From the IMG/VR virus record IMGVR_UViG_3300022601_000013: 64,000 bases of DNA; one strand, 5' to 3'. The stretch is from a virus (taxonomy: Duplodnaviria > Caudoviricetes). Of this stretch, positions 59,463 to 64,000 are shown piece after piece; the first letter of the stretch is position 1, and each line of letters opens with the position of its first letter. The position numbers and the translations under genes were made by a program. The notes under the pieces were generated by a model. That model ran no database searches, was not told the DNA's origin, and saw nothing but the letters and a program-made list of their open reading frames with translations.

Positions 59463-60045
59463 ATGATTCCTCCCCTGTTTTGTTATTATTTATATAATCA
59501 GCAATCTGTTTGACTACTTGATCTATATCTTTGTTAGCATCTATTACTATCATTTTAATATCTCTATCTTCGTTGTTCTTATAATGCCATACTGTTTTGT
59601 TAAGTTTATCTCTCCAACTAAAAGCTTCATCTGTATATAGTCTTGACACTATTGCACTATCAGGTGAATGTCTGTTTCTCATTCTATCTATTCGTGTACA
59701 TATAGATGTATCGAAATAAATAACAACTATCTTCCTGTCTGTTTCATAGCGTTTTAACAACTCATCAATTCCATCTGGGTCAATAGTATAAATATCTGCC
59801 AAATCTATTTGATATTTTGTAGCCGCATATTCATATCCATTATATTTAGTATATGCCATTATTTCTTCAAGCTTAGAAAACTGCTCTTCATTAACAAATA
59901 TATGTGTTGTTTCATCTTCGCTACGCTTAGGTCTTGTTGTGTAACTTATTACAGATGAATATCCACCCACGCTTGTTAATACATTTTCAACAGTTGACTT
60001 TCCACTTGCACTGCGACCACAAAATAAATACAAAGGCTTACTCAT
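59446..60045 (-). CDS. gmk: guanylate kinase-like nucleotide kinase
   Basis: GRSASGKS P-loop, SYTTRPKR, HIFV, YNGYEY. Confidence 0.85.
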   Translation of the reverse strand: MSKPLYLFCGRSASGKSTVENVLTSVGGYSSVISYTTRPKRSEDETTHIFVNEEQFSKLEEIMAYTKYNGYEYAATKYQIDLADIYTIDPDGIDELLKRYETDRKIVVIYFDTSICTRIDRMRNRHSPDSAIVSRLYTDEAFSWRDKLNKTVWHYKNNEDRDIKMIVIDANKDIDQVVKQIADYINNNKTGEESYESIT

Positions 60046-60763
60046 ACCATTCACCTCCAGAAGGTTGTCTTTCCTGTGCTTTAATATAAGCCTTGTAAAC
60101 ATCTGAAAGTTTGGGTGCTAACCCACAACTCTTATATTCTGTACAAAACGGATATCCTAAACACTTCTGACACTTCGGAACTAAAAAACTTGAAAACTTT
60201 TTGCATTCATCGTTATAGCCAGCCACACACGCTTTCATTTTTTTAGCAAGCTTTCTAATTTCCCACTGGGCTCTCGTACAAAGACGCTCGTTACAAAAAT
60301 GAATAAGCTCTCTACCATTCATTTTCACCTCAATAACAGTTTCACAAGCGTTAGGTAAAAGATATCTCGCATCTTCTGCAGGAATACCATATGTATCTGT
60401 TAATGTCTTGTATGCAAGCTGTATATGAGTTATTACATCATTATAAATACTTAATGCCTTATCATCATTGTTTTTTATTGTGTCTGGAATAACATATTTA
60501 AATCCATCCTCTACACAGTACCTCTGTGATCTCTGTGCGTAGCTTGCATGTCTGTGTCTTACTAATTGATGTGTAAGTGCTCTACTTATGCCACTAATGT
60601 GAAATGTAAAATCTGCAAACTCAAGAACGCTATGATGACCACTGTTATAACAATTATTCATAATCTTACCGTTGTCATCTGGTGAGCTATCGTAGCAGTT
60701 AGCGGCAGCTCTTTCAATGCTTTTAACTGGATTTACAGTACATTCTGTTAAAATAACTTCCAT
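60038..60763 (-). CDS. thyX: flavin-dependent thymidylate synthase
   Basis: HHSVLE, RHRHASYAQRSQRY, EDARYLLP, AQWEIR. Confidence 0.95.
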   Translation of the reverse strand: MEVILTECTVNPVKSIERAAANCYDSSPDDNGKIMNNCYNSGHHSVLEFADFTFHISGISRALTHQLVRHRHASYAQRSQRYCVEDGFKYVIPDTIKNNDDKALSIYNDVITHIQLAYKTLTDTYGIPAEDARYLLPNACETVIEVKMNGRELIHFCNERLCTRAQWEIRKLAKKMKACVAGYNDECKKFSSFLVPKCQKCLGYPFCTEYKSCGLAPKLSDVYKAYIKAQERQPSGGEWYE

Positions 60764-60780
60764 TAACTTTCCTCCATTAA

Positions 60781-60796
60781 ATTAATTTTGTGCTGT
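60781..60796 (-). repeat. 16-bp dispersed repeat copy (ACAGCACAAAATTAAT)
   Basis: 14/16 match; gene end upstream of thyX. Confidence 0.55.
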
Positions 60797-61051
60797 TTCA
60801 TCAACAGGTGTTGTAGTCCCATCTGGGTTTACTTTACGAGATACACCAGTCACACAGAAGCCTCTAATGTCCTTGATAAGTCTTTTCATATCATTGGCAG
60901 TAGGCTTTTCTTTTTTGTATAACTGCGTGATCTTGTTTAAGATTACTGTACAAGCAGCCTGAGCACCTATTAACATGCCTTTATTAAACTCACGCTCAAG
61001 ATGCTGTTTTACCATTGCTTCAAGCTCTTCGTTTTTTACTTTATCATTCAT
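60782..61051 (-). CDS. hypothetical protein
   Basis: GAGGAGG RBS; first gene after promoter. Confidence 0.65.
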   Translation of the reverse strand: MNDKVKNEELEAMVKQHLEREFNKGMLIGAQAACTVILNKITQLYKKEKPTANDMKRLIKDIRGFCVTGVSRKVNPDGTTTPVDETAQN

Positions 61052-61083
61052 GTTTTTACACCTCCTCTAAATGAACTATATAT

Positions 61084-61112
61084 ATTATACCACATTAATT
61101 TTGTATTGTCAA
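61084..61112 (-). promoter_or_regulatory. sigma-A promoter of the nucleotide-metabolism operon, overlapped by a 16-bp repeat copy
   Basis: TTGACA-N17-TATAAT with extended TG. Confidence 0.85.
61094..61109 (-). repeat. 16-bp dispersed repeat copy
   Basis: Exact consensus; overlaps the -35 box. Confidence 0.75.
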
Positions 61113-61152
61113 GAGGTTGAGTCAACTTTTTTGCCCAACCTCTTTTATTTTT

Positions 61153-64000
61153 TTATTTTAACTTTTTAAGCTGATATTTTTTCTTTAATTTAATTAACCA
61201 ATCCTTATATGGTTTCATTTTATCAACAATCATTTTGTCTTCTCCGTCTTTCTTTCCAAGAATTACAACTTGCTTACCTTTAGAAATTAAATCTTGAAAC
61301 TTCTTTAAAGCATCTGGCCATATAGTAACTTCAATTATGCCGTCACCAGAATAAATATTAGCAAACGCAAACTGCTGTCCTTTCTTGGTTTTCTTTTTCT
61401 GAATTTTAGATACAACACCTGCGATAACGCATTTATCGCCAACATCATAATACGAGAAATCTTCAAGAAACTGGTATGCTTCTGCAAATGGATTTTCTTC
61501 TGTTACAAATATCTGTAACGTTTCAAACTCCCAAAACTTTTCGTCTTGCAAATATTTTTCTTCACATTGTTTAATATACTGTTGATATTTTTCTTGTTCT
61601 TGTCTGTTAAAATCAACTCTGCGTTTGTTATTATATATTTCTAATATTTTTTCTTTGTCCATTTTTCTTTTATTAATCATATATTTAGATGTATCAATAT
61701 CCCATTCTAAAAGCAGTTTTGTTTTTGATGGTAATGTTTTTACATTTTCATATTCTTTAATAGTATATTGTGATTTAAAGTAGTTAATTAAAAATGTTTT
61801 TTTGTTTTTAACTGGTATAGCTCCAGACTTAACAAGGTTAATGATTTGTACTTTTGTAGGCTGTATACGCTGTACAAAGTTATCAAATCCTTCAAACTTG
61901 CCGTTAACATTACGTTCATTGATAATAGAATATGATACTGTTTCTCCTATTCCAGTCACCGCAGATAAGCCAAAAAGAATTTTATCATCTACAACAGAGA
62001 AATTTATTCTTGAATTATTAATGCTTGGTGGAAGAACTGTTACGTCAAATTGTTTTGCATCTAAAATATGTTTATTAATCATACCAGGCTTGCTCTTATT
62101 CATATTAAACAAAGCATTAAAAAAGTGAGTTGTGTAATGCTTTTTTAAGTATGCTGTTTGTAAACAAAGAACTGCGTAGCTATATGAATGTGAGGCATTA
62201 AATAGATATCCACCTTTAGTTGCAAGCTCGTCACTAATTTGTCTTGCCAACTCTTCACTATATCCATTGTCAATTATTTCTTGGTATAATTTAGCAGACT
62301 CTTGTTTTACAAGTTCTACATTCTTTTTACCAATAGCCTTACGAAATAAGTCAGCACCACCATAACTTCTGCCACCAAATTTTCGCACAATATCCAAAAG
62401 TTGTTCTTGATATATCATACAGCCAAATGTACCACCTAATATAGACTCCATATCTGGATGTATATATTTAACTTTTTCTGGATGTTTTGAGCACTCTATA
62501 TATTCCTCAAGTGCCCCCATTGAGTCTGGTCTATATAGAGCAAGTACAGCAGAAATCTGAGACAAGTCTTTAGGCTGTAATCTTAATAATAAGTCTTTCA
62601 TCCCTGCACTTTCTACCTGAAATACTCCGTTGGTCATAGCACTACTTAGCAATTCATACGACTCTTCATCAAATTCAAATTTGTCATTATTAATGTCAAT
62701 TTCCCAATCAGATATATTTGCTCCATTCTGAGTTTCCTGAACAAGACCTAACGAAGCTACACCTAAGATGTCAAATTTTACAATAGATATTTCTTCTACT
62801 ATACGCTTATCTACTTGTATAACGTGCTCTCCCTCTGGGCCAAGCTTCATTGGCATAAAATCTGTAACCTTTCCGTCAACAATACCAACACCACCTGCGT
62901 GGATTGATGTTGTTTTTACACGTCCAGAAAGATGACTTGCGATGTCAAGTAGATCTTTGTACTTAGGGTTGCTTGCAATCTCTGGATTGTTTTCAAGACA
63001 TTCTTCAAATGTAGGATAAACAAAAGTCTTACTTATTTTGTCCATTTCTTTATACGGAAAACCTAATACTTTTCCAACATCTTTTAAGGCTACAACAGGT
63101 GTAATAAATGAAAAATTAATAATCTGACATACTCTATCTTCTCCATATTTTTCTGTAAGATAATTAATTACTGCACTTCTATCATATACGTCTGTGTCAG
63201 TATCAGGCATACTAATTCTTTCTGGGTTTAAAAATCTTTCAAAAATTAGTCCGTATTTAATAGGATTTATATTCGTAATTTCAATTGTAAAACAAATTAA
63301 ACTTCCTGCACAGCTTCCTCTTCCTGCTCCTACTTTATTGCCATTTTCCTTGCACCATTTTACAAAGTCTGCAACGATAAGAAAGTATCCGTCAAATCCC
63401 ATCTGATGAATTACATCTAACTCGTAATCAATACGTGTACGATACTCTTTCTGCTCTTCCTCACTAAGCTTATCAAACTTACGTTTTTTCCAGCCCTCTT
63501 TTATAAGATGTTGAAGATATTCGTAGTTATCACTAAATCCTTCTGGTAAAGGAAATGTAGGCAGTTTAGGAGACTGAAACGGCATATCTACCACGTCACA
63601 CATATCCGCAATCTCATTAGTGTTATTAAGTCCGATATTAACTGCCTCTACTCCGATTTGAGCATCGAGAATGTTATGTATTTCATCTTCTGACATTAGA
63701 TAACAATCATTATAACTTTCTGACATTGTTTCTGTATCATGTGCAACTTGCACTAAACGACCTTGATAGTATAAGTCACTCTTAGTTGCAGCGTGTGAGT
63801 CGGTAGTTATAATCCACTTTGTATTGGTTTCTTTAGCCAGTTTAAGAATTTTATTGTTGTATTCTTCTTGGTCTTGATTGTTGCCGTGTGCCTGTAGTTC
63901 TAAATAAAAGTTAGGAAACAAGCTTTTATACTCTCTTACATATTCTATACATTTATCATAGTCTTTTTCTCGTGAAAGCTTGGAAGCCAAACAAGCAGAT
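61153..64000 (-). CDS. dnaE: DNA polymerase III alpha subunit (5' end beyond window)
   Basis: PHP TTDSH, GRGSCAGS, FERFLNPER, PDTDTD, HAGG, GVFQ, FNASH, OB fold. Confidence 0.95.
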   Translation of the reverse strand, partial: SACLASKLSREKDYDKCIEYVREYKSLFPNFYLELQAHGNNQDQEEYNNKILKLAKETNTKWIITTDSHAATKSDLYYQGRLVQVAHDTETMSESYNDCYLMSEDEIHNILDAQIGVEAVNIGLNNTNEIADMCDVVDMPFQSPKLPTFPLPEGFSDNYEYLQHLIKEGWKKRKFDKLSEEEQKEYRTRIDYELDVIHQMGFDGYFLIVADFVKWCKENGNKVGAGRGSCAGSLICFTIEITNINPIKYGLIFERFLNPERISMPDTDTDVYDRSAVINYLTEKYGEDRVCQIINFSFITPVVALKDVGKVLGFPYKEMDKISKTFVYPTFEECLENNPEIASNPKYKDLLDIASHLSGRVKTTSIHAGGVGIVDGKVTDFMPMKLGPEGEHVIQVDKRIVEEISIVKFDILGVASLGLVQETQNGANISDWEIDINNDKFEFDEESYELLSSAMTNGVFQVESAGMKDLLLRLQPKDLSQISAVLALYRPDSMGALEEYIECSKHPEKVKYIHPDMESILGGTFGCMIYQEQLLDIVRKFGGRSYGGADLFRKAIGKKNVELVKQESAKLYQEIIDNGYSEELARQISDELATKGGYLFNASHSYSYAVLCLQTAYLKKHYTTHFFNALFNMNKSKPGMINKHILDAKQFDVTVLPPSINNSRINFSVVDDKILFGLSAVTGIGETVSYSIINERNVNGKFEGFDNFVQRIQPTKVQIINLVKSGAIPVKNKKTFLINYFKSQYTIKEYENVKTLPSKTKLLLEWDIDTSKYMINKRKMDKEKILEIYNNKRRVDFNRQEQEKYQQYIKQCEEKYLQDEKFWEFETLQIFVTEENPFAEAYQFLEDFSYYDVGDKCVIAGVVSKIQKKKTKKGQQFAFANIYSGDGIIEVTIWPDALKKFQDLISKGKQVVILGKKDGEDKMIVDKMKPYKDWLIKLKKKYQLKKLK

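Noticed and set aside
1-64000. CRISPR array, tRNA or rRNA genes
   Set aside because: No regularly spaced repeat-spacer run and no cloverleaf or rRNA-like sequence recognised; intergenic gaps are short
1-64000. Stop-codon reassignment
   Set aside because: Genes are long and densely packed in the standard code; TAA, TAG and TGA all terminate genes followed by new RBSs
57260-64000. Inteins or introns in nrdD or dnaE
   Set aside because: Both read continuously through their conserved motifs at normal length within the window

Overview
AT-rich segment of a large temperate siphovirus, probably infecting Clostridia/Bacillota and with SPbeta/c-st-like organisation. The + strand (1-50.3 kb) is the late module: terminase (TerL split by a group I intron carrying a LAGLIDADG endonuclease in the P1 loop), portal, protease/scaffold, capsid, neck genes, major tail protein, a free-standing HNH endonuclease with its own promoter and structured leader, adhesin/tail-fibre genes, an intein-interrupted amidase endolysin, holin, RuvC, a 5236-aa tape measure protein whose N-terminal half appears to carry embedded globular cargo domains, Dit, Tal and a DUF859-like protein. 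At 50.3-54.2 kb is a maintenance module: a small RHH protein, TubR-like wHTH plus TubZ, a candidate att site, a large serine recombinase and a possible RDF. The - strand (54.3-64 kb) is a nucleotide-metabolism/replication module: dut, vWA/TerF-like, a redoxin-NrdD-NrdG-FTR cluster, a His-less HPr, gmk, thyX and dnaE (5'-truncated). A 16-bp motif (ACAATACAAAATTAAT) recurs at promoters and gene ends, always co-oriented with transcription. All family assignments come from motif recognition by eye; no database search was run.
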